64,000 nt of DNA from Oculina patagonica (lineage: Eukaryota). Under the pieces are notes generated by a model, which searched no databases, was not told the origin of the DNA, and worked only from the letters and a program-made list of their open reading frames with translations. The number at the start of each line of letters is the position of its first letter. Position 1 is the first letter of the stretch. The stretch is from NCBI RefSeq assembly GCF_052425735.1, contig NC_135765.1, forward strand, positions 32,798,001 to 32,862,000, in the 5' to 3' direction. This document shows, piece by piece, positions 38,567 through 52,037 of the stretch. The position numbers and the translations under genes are program-made.

Positions 38567-39363
38567 TTAACACCAAACACTTGACACCAGCTTTCTTTCT
38601 CTGCCAGAAGCCAGAAAGCAGTAGAAGAGAGGGACTGGAACAATGTCATGGATTCTGTGTCATTGCTTTCTTGTTGTAAAATTCACTTAAACGCCTGATT
38701 GAGTAAAAGGGGAAATGGCCAGGCGTCCTGTTCTATGGACTCCATTTTTTTTGGCTGAGACAAAGATTCCCACACACAAATGGAGCGGTGGGTGGCTAGG
38801 GGGTACGGGTGGTGGCTAAAATACACGGTTGTATGAATGTCTCGCAGGAGTATGCCACCCAACCATGAGGGTCTGGACGGGTCGAGGACGGGGCTAAATC
38901 GATAGCTAAGAATTGGTCAAAATTGTAACCGTTACCTGAGAAATGACGAAATGAGTTCTGCATGCAAAAAATATACTGATAGCCGATAAATGGGTTGAAA
39001 TTTTAACTGGTAGCTGAGAAATTTTTGAACTGATAACTGAAATTCTAGCATTTCCATCCAGACCGCAACGATACAACGCCTGTGTATGTTGAACTTAATG
39101 GACTACTGAACGGCAAACAATGTTATGGTCTGCAGTCTGCATTCAGTACACTGCTCAAAACCAAAGTGTGTAATCGCACCTGCATGTATATGTAGACTAT
39201 AATGAACCAATGGAGTTTCCAAAAATATACATATTTTATACAATCTTGATGTGTGTTTTACACTAAAGTAATTGGTAACATTTACTGAACTTTATCTTTT
39301 TACACTTAACAAATGTAGAGCTGACCGAATGTCACACTCCCCATATAAACTTTACAAATTTCG

Positions 39364-39836
39364 TCACAGGGAGCAGAGGAGTTTAATAGGTTAGAACTGA
39401 TCATGATCAATAAAATACGTCTCACCTCTTTGAAATCCCGCGGGGGGGGGGGGGGGGGGGGGTTAGAAATGCACTCTTGCGTATATTTTTTCCGTAATCA
39501 GCTCATTATGCGACCCAAAATGCACTCATTTGCGGCGTTCCAATGCCCGTGCGATCGTTTGACCGCCATTAGTTTGAAATATATCGACCGCTGGTTGATT
39601 TGATTGTGGTCTCTAAAGGCGGCAACAGCCTGAGAGCCACAATCTAATCAGTCAGCGGTCGATACATTTCGAACTAATGGCGGTCAAAACGATCGCACGG
39701 GTTTTGTTGAGATTTGAGGCATTTTGGGTCGCATAATGAGCTGATTACGGGGTAAATCATTACGCCAGAGTGCATTTCAAAGAGGTAAGACGTATTTTAT
39801 TGATCAGTTCTAGCCGAACTCCTCTGCTCCCTGTGA
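39364..39836. mobile_element. ~470-bp foldback (fully palindromic) element
   Basis: TCACAGGGAGCAGAGGAGTT...AACTCCTCTGCTCCCTGTGA; arms pair up to a centre at ~39620. No TSD evident. Confidence 0.8.
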
Positions 39837-39909
39837 TTACATTTTCAATGTTTGTCAGCAGGCTAAATGTTATTCATTGAGGAATTATTTCAAAGTAACA
39901 AGGATCGGT

Positions 39910-42629
39910 CTATTGGTCTTGGTCTTCATCCTGACTCGGTACTGCTCTGTAAGATGATTTAGATTCGCTGCCATCTTCATTTCGACCTGACCACTGGAAA
40001 CCAAAGAATAATAACATAGTCAAGGCTAGGAAAGCAGCAAACAGTCTGTACGATGCTCGCATTCCTATGATTCCGATCAGCAATCCACCGAGCATTGTTC
40101 CGCCTCCGGTACCCACACCAACAAACAGGCCATTCAGGATCCCTGAAAAAAGAAAGAGGAAGTGATATAAGTTGGTTGCAATCCTGGAGATCTGTGGAGC
40201 CAGCGCGTTTTATTAAGCATGAAGCGAGTAGGTGTCTGGTAGATGTATTGGCTACTCCCTCCTGGATGTAACCTGAGATCATACCCTCCCTCCGATTGCA
40301 GGTTACCCTGGATGGGATGGGATGGGTGGAGATCCTTTGCAAGTTACCCCTTGGACATGTTTTGCTCTCGGGTTGAACAATTCGCCATTTTTTAACTCCT
40401 GGGTAAAGAGTGGCACTGTGAGAGTAAAGTGTCTTGTCCAAGAACAGTGAAACAGGGCTCGAACTCGGGCCTCTTGACCCGGGGTCCAGTGTACGATTTA
40501 TGAGCCTACCGAATCTTTGCAACAAAAGTAATTATTAACTTTAATTTATGAGAGTAGATGTTACTTCCCTACTAGCCTCACATATAGGCATGTACTGTCC
40601 CACAGGGTATGGTTTTAATTTGATCTGTTTAGGTCTGAAGATTCTGGTATTTTGCTTTGAAATTGTGCAATGGTCAACCTTCTGGTCTGTTATTGTACTT
40701 TCAAAGTAAGAAGCTAAACTGAATTTCCAGTGGGGTAGGGTTAAGGGGTGGGGCCGAGGGGAAGAATTAAAAGCAGAAAAAGCCGATATAGGGTGAGTAT
40801 GGATTTTTTTCTGGAGAATGCATAACAGATTGGCTACTCCTCTGACCTTTGAAACTGTGACAGAGGGAGTATTTATAATTTCCACAACATAAAAGTGCAA
40901 GCGAATTCAATTTTGAAATAATAAAATGTATGATATCCAGCTCATTAATTTGCAATTAAGAGCATAAATTATTATTAATTACTTTTAATGGATGATTATC
41001 AAATTAAATAGCTTTCAACAAATCGTATGGCTTGTATTAGCCACATTTACACAAGCCGCCAAAATAGTAGGGTACTGCTTACCTTAATTTTACCTCGCTA
41101 TTTTTTGGATAAAAGGGCAACGTATGGACATGGTTCCAAAACCAAAACTGGCAAGGTAAACCGAAACATCAACAAGGCAAGGCAGGAGAGGCAAAATAAA
41201 GCGGTTTTTAAAATTTCCCTGCCACTATTTCATCCCTGCCTAGCCGATTATACTGTAACTATTACGGCAGTATTGAGGCTATTGTCCCAACATCATATTG
41301 ATGAGGAAAAACCTTATTTGCAATTATAAACAAAGAAGTATTATCACCTTGTGCTGCAGCTCCCAGACCAATAGGGGATGCAATGGAACCAACATATGCC
41401 ACACATGCGGTCCAGAAGACAGCGAATACTCCTCCAATGATAACATAAAACACAATCGCGACCCATGGGCTTTGAGCAAAGGAGAAGCCAACAAACAGCG
41501 CTATATACAGTGCAAGGCCAGTAGCGATTGTCACAGCGTAGCCAAGACGCTCCAGGATATAGTTCGCGACGAAGAACGACAGCGCACTGCAAACGAAGTG
41601 TAAAGCTGCCGCTAGACCGACCTCGAAAGAGGTCGCTTTGAGATCGTCGAGAAACCACGAGTTAAAATCAGACTGAAATCCATCGCTTATTCCAAGAGAA
41701 ATCGCTGCAAACCAGAAGGAGATTTTGACACGAGAATTAAACAGGTCCTTGATCCCGGATAATTTAGATTCTTTTGGTCCGTCACAGTATACGATTTTCA
41801 CAAAGAAGAGGAAGACAATTGTGATCACCATAAAGGCAGCGAAGAAGTAAAAGGCAATAGAATAATTTTTGTGTATCTCGCCACAGTATTGTCGCGTGTG
41901 GTGATTTATAACCAGGCCGACGATTAAACTAGTTAACACCATTCCCACAGAACCCCATAAACGGACGCGACCGTAGGATTTCCTCTCATCGCCAAGAAAG
42001 TCCACAGTGCACCCGTCCAGGAGGGGGTGAAGAATCGAGCCAAACAGCTCTCCAACAATGACAAGGACTAGAAGGATGTAAAATATATCCAAAAGCTCGC
42101 CATTGTCCACTTGAATGGAATATTTTTCTTTGTTTGGAGTGCTTGTGGACGCCGCTAAAACAGTTTCAACAGTAGTGTTTATGTTGATGGTTTTCTCTCG
42201 TGGAATAACCAGACTGTTTCTTTTGACAACGTGGGATTCATTGCCAACTGTTACAACACAAACTTGGTGAGTCGGGCGAAAGGCTAAAATTAACATATTC
42301 TTAATAAGCCAAGCACTAGCACCGAGAAGAAGTATGGCTTTCCTTCGTTTGTACTTGTCGGCGAGGATGCCCCAAAATGGCGCCCCGATTGCTTGGCATA
42401 GAGGCCGTATTCCAACGAGAAGTCCAGTTTGAGCAGCGGACAAACCTAACTGCTTGAAATACAACGGAAGAAAAGTCATCAAACAACCGAACGCGCCATA
42501 AGATGCGAAGAACAACACCTTGTAGTGAAACAAGTCGACCGTACAACCAAATATTTTGAGACGTTCGAGAAAGCTTGACTTTCTTTTCTTTTCCTCAGAG
42601 CTTGTTCCTTTCTGGGTGTTTTCTTCCAT
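39910..42629 (-). CDS. MFSD6: Major facilitator superfamily domain-containing protein 6-like; join(41348..42629, 39910..40142), ~504 aa
   Basis: FLPLYFKQLGLS, APFWGILADKY, YGRVRLWGSVG motifs. Phase-1 splice CAAG|GTGA...TTTCAG|GG restores AAQGILNGLFVGVGTGGG, matching the MFSD6-family late-TM motif. Confidence 0.88.
40180..40510 (-). mobile_element. Degenerate tRNA-derived SINE in the MFSD6-like intron
   Basis: Reverse strand TTGGACAAGACACTTTACTCTCACAGTGCC...CATCCCATCCAGGG...GCTTCATGCT, related to the SINE at 18030. Confidence 0.6.
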
Positions 42630-43672
42630 TTTGGTCAGTTGTTTTTATGTTTCCGCGGTGGCTAATCTTGCTGGTGTTTTGTTATTCCTTCTCAACTTCA
42701 GCTGACAGACGTGTAAATACGAGAAAATTATGTAAACGAAATATAAAAGAAATGCTAATTTACCTGTCATTTGACAGTCATTAGAACTTCTTTTTGAATA
42801 AATTTCAATGTGAAATATCAAATGTATATTCACGGTGCCCCGGTGGGGATTTCTTGTCTAGGAAAGTATGTTATCGTATTTAATATTAATTTAGGGTTAA
42901 GAAAGATTAAAAGACTACAGATTTATTCAATCTTCAGAGCGTTGTTGGCTATGAATTAAACAGTAAACAGTTGGTTGATAAATCAAATTCTTTATTCAGA
43001 TATTCAGGCAAGAATTGGCCATTGACAAGATATGTCAGTGCTCTCTGTCCATTGGTAGATCAACCGGTTGTATAATAAATAAGTTTGCTTATTTACCTCG
43101 GTGAGAAATAGGTCAGCTGATCCATTGTTAGGCGGTTATTAAAAGCGGTGAACAGCAAATGCGAATGTGTAAATGATAAATCGATGTAGTTTTTTAGCCC
43201 TATTGGGTGGTTGCTTTGAAAATGAAACTGATCTGGGAAGCCAATCTTCGTTTTTTGCCAAAATACACCACAATGATCAAATATGACCAACGCTTAATGT
43301 TTTAATTTTTAAATGGTCACTTAGTCACAAAGGTTACCATAGCAACGATAGTCGTTTTCTTTTGTTTTTAAACAAGCCTGATTTCTCGAAATCTAGATTG
43401 ACTCTTGGTATTCATTCACTATGAAAATGGTCTAGATTTTGTTAAAAATTTTATTGCAAACATTTCACTCGAAATGTAAAAAGATAAGAATTAAATTTCA
43501 CATTTATGGTTCAGTGTACAGTAGTAACAGCTTTCAATACCTTTACCGGTAAAAGTGTCACAGTTCAAAATGTTAGCAGAAAATCGCTGACAAAGCAATG
43601 GGAATACTTTAGACTTAGAGCAGAAGAAACTGAACCTTCTAACAACAATCCTCTGTGAAATTACATTGATCA

Positions 43673-43822
43673 TGAACAAATTAAAAAACAGAAAGGCTGA
43701 GCTGACCGTACGGTAGAGGGATTGAACTTGTATATTTTCGTGCCTGACGAAACATTGGAAGAAAATATACAAGTTCAATCACTCTACCGTACGGTCAGCC
43801 TTTCTGTTTTTTAAATTGTTCG
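43673..43822. repeat. ~150-bp hairpin just 3' of PAN gene 2
   Basis: AAAAAACAGAAAGGCTGA...CCGTACGGTAGAG.GATTGAACTTGTATATTTTC, loop, GAAAATATACAAGTTCAATC.CTCTACCGTACGGTCAGCCTTTCTGTTTTTT. Confidence 0.85.
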
Positions 43823-43919
43823 TATTTATACAATTTGCTGATCAGATCCACTAGGATCCGGTTCTTTGTATAGTCCGTTGGCCCTTTCTCAAGTTAAAAG
43901 TGTACATTGATCATGTTCT

Positions 43920-44878
43920 TTAGTAGTCGCCAGTTTTCCTGATGGTGACTTCAATATACTTGATACCAACTCTTTCTTTTTTGCTACTTTTATAAACCTC
44001 AAGAGTAAGACCTTTGCTAAGCAACAGTCGCTTACTGTACTTGGCCGTCTTAATGAAGCCATGCGCAGTGACGCACGAGCCCCATGGCTTATCCAGCTTA
44101 ATAGTGAAGACGAACTGTTCAGGATAGGGGCTTGTACTTGGATTAGGAGCATCCTTATCAAGAGCATATCTGTCAGTCACAGTTTTCCCAGACGTGCCGT
44201 TAAAGCCATAACAGGGATAATTAGTGCGATAACTCAATTTATCTACCGTTTCAAAGCCAATGAAGTTGGTTCCGTCCGACACTCCATATCTGATATCACT
44301 GTCGCTCGCTTGTCCGATGCTGACGTCATTTGCTACTGTTATTTCAACGGTCAGCGGAATTCCATCTGCTAAGACACCATTGGCCACCAAGGGAACTTTT
44401 AGCAGGGCCGCATTGGCTTTTGAGCCTGCGTTGAACGTTATCTGCTCAGCGAGTGTGGAACGATTGCTAAAGAGGTAAGACGCATGTGATTCGAGCCACA
44501 AGGGTGTCATGTAAAACTCTTTAAATGTCGCCTGTTTGTAATAAATAAAGCAGTGATGTTATATTCTTTTATGTGTTGTTTATCGATGGTTCTCTTAGAC
44601 AATGGATCGGACCATATTCGTATTCTCGGTATTGGACTGGAACTAGCTTGCAGTGGAGGCTGATGCGGGGGAATATAATTAAAAAGAGCTTCATGTCATT
44701 TTTGAAAAGATTACCCTCCATTGCAAGCTAGTTCCAGTACAATACCGAGAAAACGAATATGGTCTATTGAGTCATTTCTTAGCAATAATTTTATGCAAGA
44801 TATCAAACTTCAGTTACAAGACGTACAAGGTTCAAGACCGCAAAGCACACTTTCGGTTTGAGTAAAGTTAATTGACAC

Positions 44879-44937
<59 letters not shown>

Positions 44938-45524
44938 TTTATATCGAGGGTGACACGTAATAGTCTTTCAACTAATAAATTTGTGGCTTTCTTAAACATA
45001 ATAATAGTTAAAAATCTAGTATAAACAATAATCTAATCAATTATATATTAATATTGATTTAATTTGAAGTCGACCAGTACTATATATAGCAATACATAGC
45101 AAATGTTTATAAAAATGGACCATTATTTTTAGGTAAAGTTTTCTACGATACAACAATTTATATTAAGCTAGTTAAGCAACAGACAATTCCACACTATTCT
45201 GCCGTGGTTTACGTTTTATACCTTATAAGGGTAGTCGCTGTACGCATGCCCTTCTCTAGATTCATAATCCCATGGGTGCGTGTACCTATCAGCGTCGTTC
45301 AGCTCGCAAATCAAATCTTTAAACCGGAAGTTGATGCTTTTACATCGCGGATCGTCGGAACATTTGAACAAGCAGTCACCCAAACCATCTGAACTTCCAC
45401 TTGAAATCACGTGAGCAGACAGGTACTTTCCTGTTATAGACCGTACTGCTTTGCTACATTGTTGAGACGCGACTGATGTAATAGATATCACAAGCAAGCA
45501 CATTAATCCTACCAATTCGGTCAT
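43920..45524 (-). CDS. Secreted PAN/Apple-domain protein with uncharacterised C-terminal domain, paralogue 2; join(45222..45524, 43920..44531), 304 aa
   Basis: Signal peptide; PAN Cys pattern; donor AAG|GTATAA; acceptor AAACAG|GCG, phase 0. Confidence 0.88.
44609..44765. mobile_element. Palindromic MITE in an intron
   Basis: GACCATATTCGTATTCTCGGTATTGGACTGGAACTAGCTTGCA and its reverse complement. Confidence 0.75.
44880..44937. repeat. (AATC)n microsatellite
   Basis: ~14 perfect units. Confidence 0.95.
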
Positions 45525-47667
45525 GTCTAAGAATTACCTGGCAAAAAATAGGCAAACAAATTTAACCTTTGGATGCAGGCGCTTGTGTATTATGTTTCTG
45601 TTTCCCCACTAAAATGCTCTATCTTTATGCTTCATTTTTCCCACTAGAATGTTCAGTCTCCTCCAAAAAAGTCACCAATGTAAAATTGTTTGAATAATGT
45701 TCGTTATACAGAGGCTTTTTTTTTAATAATTCCAAATTTTTAACAGGGTATTAACACTAACATATATGTATTAACAAACATGTTTGCTTTTGACTTTTGA
45801 AGCCTAAAACTGCTGACTTCTCCTCAGGCTTCACTTAGCTGGTCGTAGTTTTGCATTTGACTGTTATTTTCTCTAAAACAAAGTCAATTTTCCGGAAAAA
45901 TGCCACTAAAATGCTTGAATAATGCATAATGCTTTTGCCTCACTCAAATGCTTGGGTAAATGGTCTTCGAGTTTTACGTTTTTTACGAGTCCTACGTTTT
46001 ATACATGAGCCTCTGGCTCGGACATTAAGGGAGATCTCGTCCCACGTATGGACATTAAAATTGTATTGCATTGTTATTGTATTACTCTTGTCACTTGTTT
46101 TAACATCGTTTCTAATTTTCAAAGTTGTTTTCTTTACCTTTTGTTTGTGGGATTTTCCTATAGATAAAAATACGTGGGCTCGTGTGTGAATTTCTGCAGC
46201 TGCTCACCAAATTCGTATTCTTCAGGTTTTTCTGCACATCACGACTTTAATTACATTAATTTTCATTCTCTTTTGCAAAACTAACTAAATACTGAGATCG
46301 ATTCTTTATCTTTTAAACCAAGTAAAACTAAAATAAAACACACGAGGTAGTGTACTATATAGATGTAAACGAGTTGAGTATTCTAGACATCACCAGACCA
46401 GATCTAGATATAACCAGGTGATAACAGGGTTATTACATTGACGGGAAGTCGGATAAATATGGTTGAAAATTAATTGTTAAATTAACGATGACATTTTCAA
46501 TTTTATATTTACGTTTAATATTTTCATTTTGCACATTATGTCAGCTTGAAATTTTAAGCCTAAAATTTTAAATAACCAGCTTCAAAATGTCACCTCGTTG
46601 AAGTTGTGCTTCCTGGCGAACAAAGTTTTGATTTAAAGTCTCGGAACTGTTCTGTATGCTCAGCACGTGTTGCAAGAAATGGTGTGCCGTTTTGATATTT
46701 TCAGTTGTCTCATTCCTCCTTTTTTGTTATTTAAGCCAAAAAGTAAAAGAAAGTACACCAATGAAATTAATTAAATGTTTTCTTTTTGATTATTCAAAGC
46801 TAAGGCCTATATTTTTTAACATCGGAGAGAGTCAATAAGTACAACGGACATATAATTTATTAAGAGGGCAAAAGACCGTCTGCGGCTTCTATAGCGTTTC
46901 CTTTTTAGAGCTTAAAGTCGTATATGCAGTGGATTTTTGATTTCTCAAACTAAACCGAAAGTCGCTTGTTTCTCTAAGATTTGTTCTATACTTAAGACAC
47001 TAAAGTATATCAAGTCTGCAAGAGTAATATTCAAACCCCAATTTATCGTACAAAAAGGTTGAACGTAATCGACAATTGAAAATTTTGAAAAGACTGAAAA
47101 AAAAAAAAAATGAATCCCCCATTCTCCTTCCATTAAGTTGAAATCGTCCTTCGTCAAACTATTTTTCTCCTTACCCTTAGCTACTGAGAGCTCGAGAGGC
47201 CATGCTTCTGCCGTCCTTATCTTAAAACTGAAGAAAAACAACTTTGCTGCCCTTATGCATATTTAAGGATAATTATTTCAAGGCTTTAAGGCGTGGTTGA
47301 ATCTCATCTTAGTGACGTTTGATATTACTGTCATTATGTTTCCGTTTATAATGTTTACGAGGTGAAATTTGCTTTACACATATGGCTTTGCAACTTTCGT
47401 TGTAGATCTTATGATGTTATTAAATTAATAGATAACTGGCTATGATAACCTGCGATCAGGCATTCTTTTTTTCGCGGCGGAAGGAAAAAAAAAACGCCTG
47501 AGCACAGGTTAGCGCGCAGACGTCTCTCCAATGAGGAGGCGGTTGCACTCAGACTATTATTAGAGCTTTTAATTACAGAGTTTGAGTGGCAGTTCAAACG
47601 GGGTTTTTCAATGGTGGTATTACAAGGAATAAATCTTCGTACGCTTCCTGGCACTTGTTTGTTGAAG

Positions 47668-47816
47668 TAATTGAGGAAAAGCGTTTTTTTTAAGTGCCAA
47701 GTTCAAATTTAAATTTAAACTTTTATCCAAAAATGAAGGGTAAAACCCGAAACGGTTGCAGCGGATTTGAATTCGAATTTGAACTTGGCACTTTTAAAAG
47801 AACACTTTTCCTCAAT
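47668..47816. mobile_element. Palindromic MITE
   Basis: TAATTGAGGAAAAG...AAGTGCCAAGTTCAAATT / AATTTGAACTTGGCACTT...CTTTTCCTCAATTA. Confidence 0.65.
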
Positions 47817-48339
47817 TATTCACATGGTCTAACGTTACTAGAACTATGCGCTCTCTCTAATCGGAGAGACAGGAGAGCTTTCAAAATAAACGGAAAGTCT
47901 ATAAAATGGTTATTTAACCCGTAAGGTTTTTCGAAATTTTGAAAAAAAAGGATTTACTCTACAAAGCTGAAACTTAGCTGTTCATCCGTCCCTTGTTTGA
48001 CATTTGACGTTGCCATGGAAACGAAACACAAAAGCACGATTTGTTTATTTTTACATTCCACGTGCATTCTGTTTTGAGTTTGCATCAGATTTCGTTATTT
48101 TGTGACTTTCTGAGGAAATGTTGAAATCCAAGATGGCGGATCCAAGATGGCGGCTCTATGACGTCACAGCTAATTAAAATAAGGTCATCTTGTAGAGTAA
48201 GCTACGGGCTTTCTACTCAGTGCAAAATAATTTCGCTGCGCCTTAATTGAACGAAAACTCCGGGGAGGGGTTCCATCCATCCACCCCCTCCCCCTCCCCG
48301 CTGAAAAGCATTAAAATCCCCGTGACATTGTCCCTTTAA

Positions 48340-48932
48340 CCCTATTCAGACCGGGAAGGGGGGGGGGGGGGGCTTTTGAGGCAGGCGCTGACTTTGAACT
48401 TTTATAACTTTTTTAAGATTTAACCAAACGCTGCCAAACTTTCTGAGTTTTCCTAAAATTTATCTGGCAACAATTTGGTAGGATTGGATGATGTGTCAGG
48501 AACTTGACATCATCATGGCAACGGCATTTAGACAGGCATGTTTTCCCAAATTTGTAATTTTGTGTGTTTCTGTTAATAAAAATCAACTTAAATGGAATTA
48601 TTTTTACATTTTTACGGTTTTAAAGCACATTTTTATTCATTTTGAGTACTTTGCAGTGATTTTGGGTGGTTTTCTGGCATTTTGGAAAAAAATTGGAATC
48701 CAAGATGGCGGATCCAAGATGGCGGCTGTTTTGACATCATGATGTAATTGTCACGTGATGTGACGTCACCATACCACGTGACGTATACCAAAAGAAAGAG
48801 TTTCGGACGTACAATACATCTTTTAAGTTTCATGGTGATTGCTTAAATATTCTGGAAGTTACATAGGGGGGGGCTTCCGAAGCCCCCCCCCCCCGGTCTG
48901 AGAATGTCCAAAAAAGCCCGGTCTGAATAGGG
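48340..48932. mobile_element. piggyBac-type MITE
   Basis: TTAA|CCCTATTCAGACCGGG...CCCGGTCTGAATAGGG|TTAA. Related fragments near 11075 and 48120. Confidence 0.88.
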
Positions 48933-50387
48933 TTAAAGGAGGATGCGGCCGCTGCAAATGTCAATCCTTGATGAATTGAAAGGTGTACGTGCAATGCAAA
49001 TTTAACCTCGCAAGTCATTTTCTGTATTGTTTTCACTTGGCATACATTGAGAGTGAAAAACATAATTTCCAGACATTAAAAATATATTTGCCCAAGCATT
49101 AAAACAATCTCCATTTTAATCTCTATCATCTTATGGAAAATAAATTCAAGTCCCGGCGATCTTTTTACCCTTGGAAACTTTAAAGCTGTATTACAATAAG
49201 CAACTGCGCAAAATGACTTAAAATTTGTAAAAAAAAAGAAGTCAGTTATAATTACAGCTGTTTGCTTGACAGGTTTCCTCGCTTCTTTGCTTGTCCATTT
49301 CCTTTGACATCAAATTCGGAGGCACTAGCAGTTATTTTCAGCATTATCATATAAACATATTACTCTAGTAGAAAAATCTTTTAAAACATCGTTTTGCAAA
49401 GGACTCTGATATCGTTTTACAGGCGTACTTTAACAACATGCAAACGAGAGCGAAGAAGAACAGCAAAGTGAGGTTTCCTTTTAGTTTGTATACCTTGTTT
49501 ACTTTGCACTCATGGTAAGCTTTCAGTGTGGTCTATTTTCCTCTTTCTTCTTTGAATCAATATAATTAGTCGCCGTAGAAAACAAATTGTACATGCTAAT
49601 GCGATAAAATATTATGGAATTACAGATATACATTATGCGATTTGTGGTAAATTTTTCCCGCTTTATTATGTCAATAGCAACAAGACTCACGAATATGAAG
49701 GTCTTATTTTTAAGTATTAATAAAAAAACCTACTGACATTTACGTACCTGAACTTTAGCGGCTATTTTATTAACAAAATGTGCTGGTCGGTCAAGATCTT
49801 GTTTTGAGGAGTGTGGATCGCTCCGCGGTACGATCCGAATACATTCATTAAAGCTTGCAGCAGCTACTACCTCGTATAATAAGCTATTTTCGGCATTTAA
49901 CTTAAACGTTGAATGCCGACATTCTGTCAGCAAGCTGACAAAAACCTTAATGGACTAATGGACTAAAAATATTAATATTAATTTTAGTTGTTCTGTCATC
50001 GGGTTAAACTAATAAGGCGTCAGCCTAAAAAAATAGTCGCGATAACGTACCAGCACCAGTAGCACTGAAAAAGCGCCCTTAAGTGATGGTGGGAGTTTTC
50101 TTTTTTAGGCAATCACGTTTTTCTGGATTTCCCTTTCACATTACTTGCAAATGAGCAAGGACGCTACGAAGATGTGTTTTGCGTTTAGGCTCCACTGCAT
50201 TACCATGTGTCGAGTCGTGTCAGGTGCTAGTTCTATAGTTTTAATAAAAAAAAAATGCTTCCCCAAACCGTTTTATCTAATTTCCTTTTTACAGTAATTG
50301 AGAACATTCTCGCGCGTATACGATAAAAGAGTAAAACGAAACTGACACTTCTAACTGATCAATCCTCAATGTACAGTTGCCACCAGT

Positions 50388-51710
50388 TTATCTTAGGGTA
50401 ACCTTAATATACTTGATACCAACACTCTCCCTATTGGTACTTTTATAAACCTCAAGAGTAAGACCTTGACTGAGCACCAGTCGCTTAGTATATTTTGCCG
50501 TCTTGGTAAAGCCTCCGCCATGCGCAGTGAAACACGAGCCTCGTGGTATGTCCAGCTTAAGAGTGAAGGCAAACTGCTCAGGGTAGAAGCTTGCACTTGA
50601 AATAGGATCTTTTTGAGCAAAAGGTTGTATGTCCTTAAGGGATGAACCAGAGGTGGCCTGTACCCCATAACAAGGGGAGTGGGTGTCATAATTTCTTTTA
50701 TCTACCGTTTCAAATCCAATGAAACTGGTTCCGTCCGACACGCCATATCTGATATCGCTGTCGTATTTTTCTCCGATGCTGACGTCATTAGCTACCGTTA
50801 TTTCAACGATCAGCGGAGTTGCATCTGTCAAGACACCAGCAGAAACCAAAGGTACTTTTAAAAGGGCAGCGTTTCCAATTGAGCCTGCTTTGAACGTTAT
50901 CTGGTCAGTGGTTGTGGAGCGAGAGCTATCGATGTAAGACGCATGCGCTTCAAGCCATAAAGGAGTCATGTAGAGCTGGGTAACTGTGACCTGTTTAAAT
51001 TAAATAGAGTGTGTGATATTGTGTTATTGTATACACAGATGATATTACAGTCATTATAATATATTGATGGGCTTCTGTCGCTAGTAATACGTATCTCGCA
51101 GGACCTCGCTCAGGCCTCCTACGCAACGTTCGTTTGAATTGTCACGCAATATTTTCTCCCCAACGAACGTCTAAAATAAACCGTTGTTTCCGTAGACCAA
51201 TCACAGCGCCCTTTCAAATCCTGGAAGTGACCCAGAGGGCCAGCTGACTAGAGGAAGGATTGCATGGCGAGCCAAAAAGGCGATTAAAGTTTACTTCTGC
51301 TCATAAGCCTAGAGGGCAAACCAAATTTCTATATTTGAAGACCTGACCCTCGAAGAAAATTTGTGGTTGAGAAACTAAGATTAATTGCAAGTTTGCTAGA
51401 GTGTCGATCTTACCTTAACAGCCGGGTAGTCACTGTACGCATGCTTGTCACAAGGTCCATAATCCATTGCGTGCGTGTATCTATCGGGGTCGTTCAGTTC
51501 ACAGAACAAATCATTAAACCGGAAGTTGATGCTTTTACATCGCGGATCATCGGAACATTTGAGCAAGCAGTCACCCAAACCATCTGCACTTCCGCTTATT
51601 ATCACGTGACCAGTCAAGTACATTCCTTTTATGGACCGTACAGCTTCGCTGCATTTGAGAGACGCAGTTGAAGTGACAGCTATGACAAGAAGCCACAGTA
51701 AGCCCACCAT
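50388..51710 (-). CDS. Secreted PAN/Apple-domain protein with uncharacterised C-terminal domain, paralogue 3; join(51414..51710, 50388..50990), 299 aa
   Basis: Signal peptide MVGLLWLLVIAVTSTAS; PAN Cys pattern; donor AAG|GTAAGA; acceptor AAACAG|GTC, phase 0. Confidence 0.87.
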
Positions 51711-52037
51711 TTTGTAACTCACAAAGTTACCTGGTGGAAATTAGAAAAATACTTATTCACTGTCTATACTTTGCAACTCGTTTAATATTCTGAATGTAAC
51801 CAATATCCCCAATACGGAACGAGTAAGTTAATTTAATTAAACTTTAATTACATTGGCTTTTTTCAACACTTTGCTGATAACAAAGACTTCATCTGTCTTC
51901 GGCGGCAAATATTTCCAAAAATGCTCAGACATTAATACATACTTCAAACTTCTTCCGTACCCTAAACCCTGAAAAAAAAACTGTTGATCCATGGATCATA
52001 AAAAGACTCTTTTACTTTCCATGGTTGACCATATATA

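Larger units (their letters stand above)
22010..38570 (+). repeat. Tandem segmental duplication of a two-GPCR unit (~22010-28970 and ~29165-38570)
   Basis: Colinear coding and non-coding similarity, interrupted by copy-specific transposon insertions. Confidence 0.92.
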
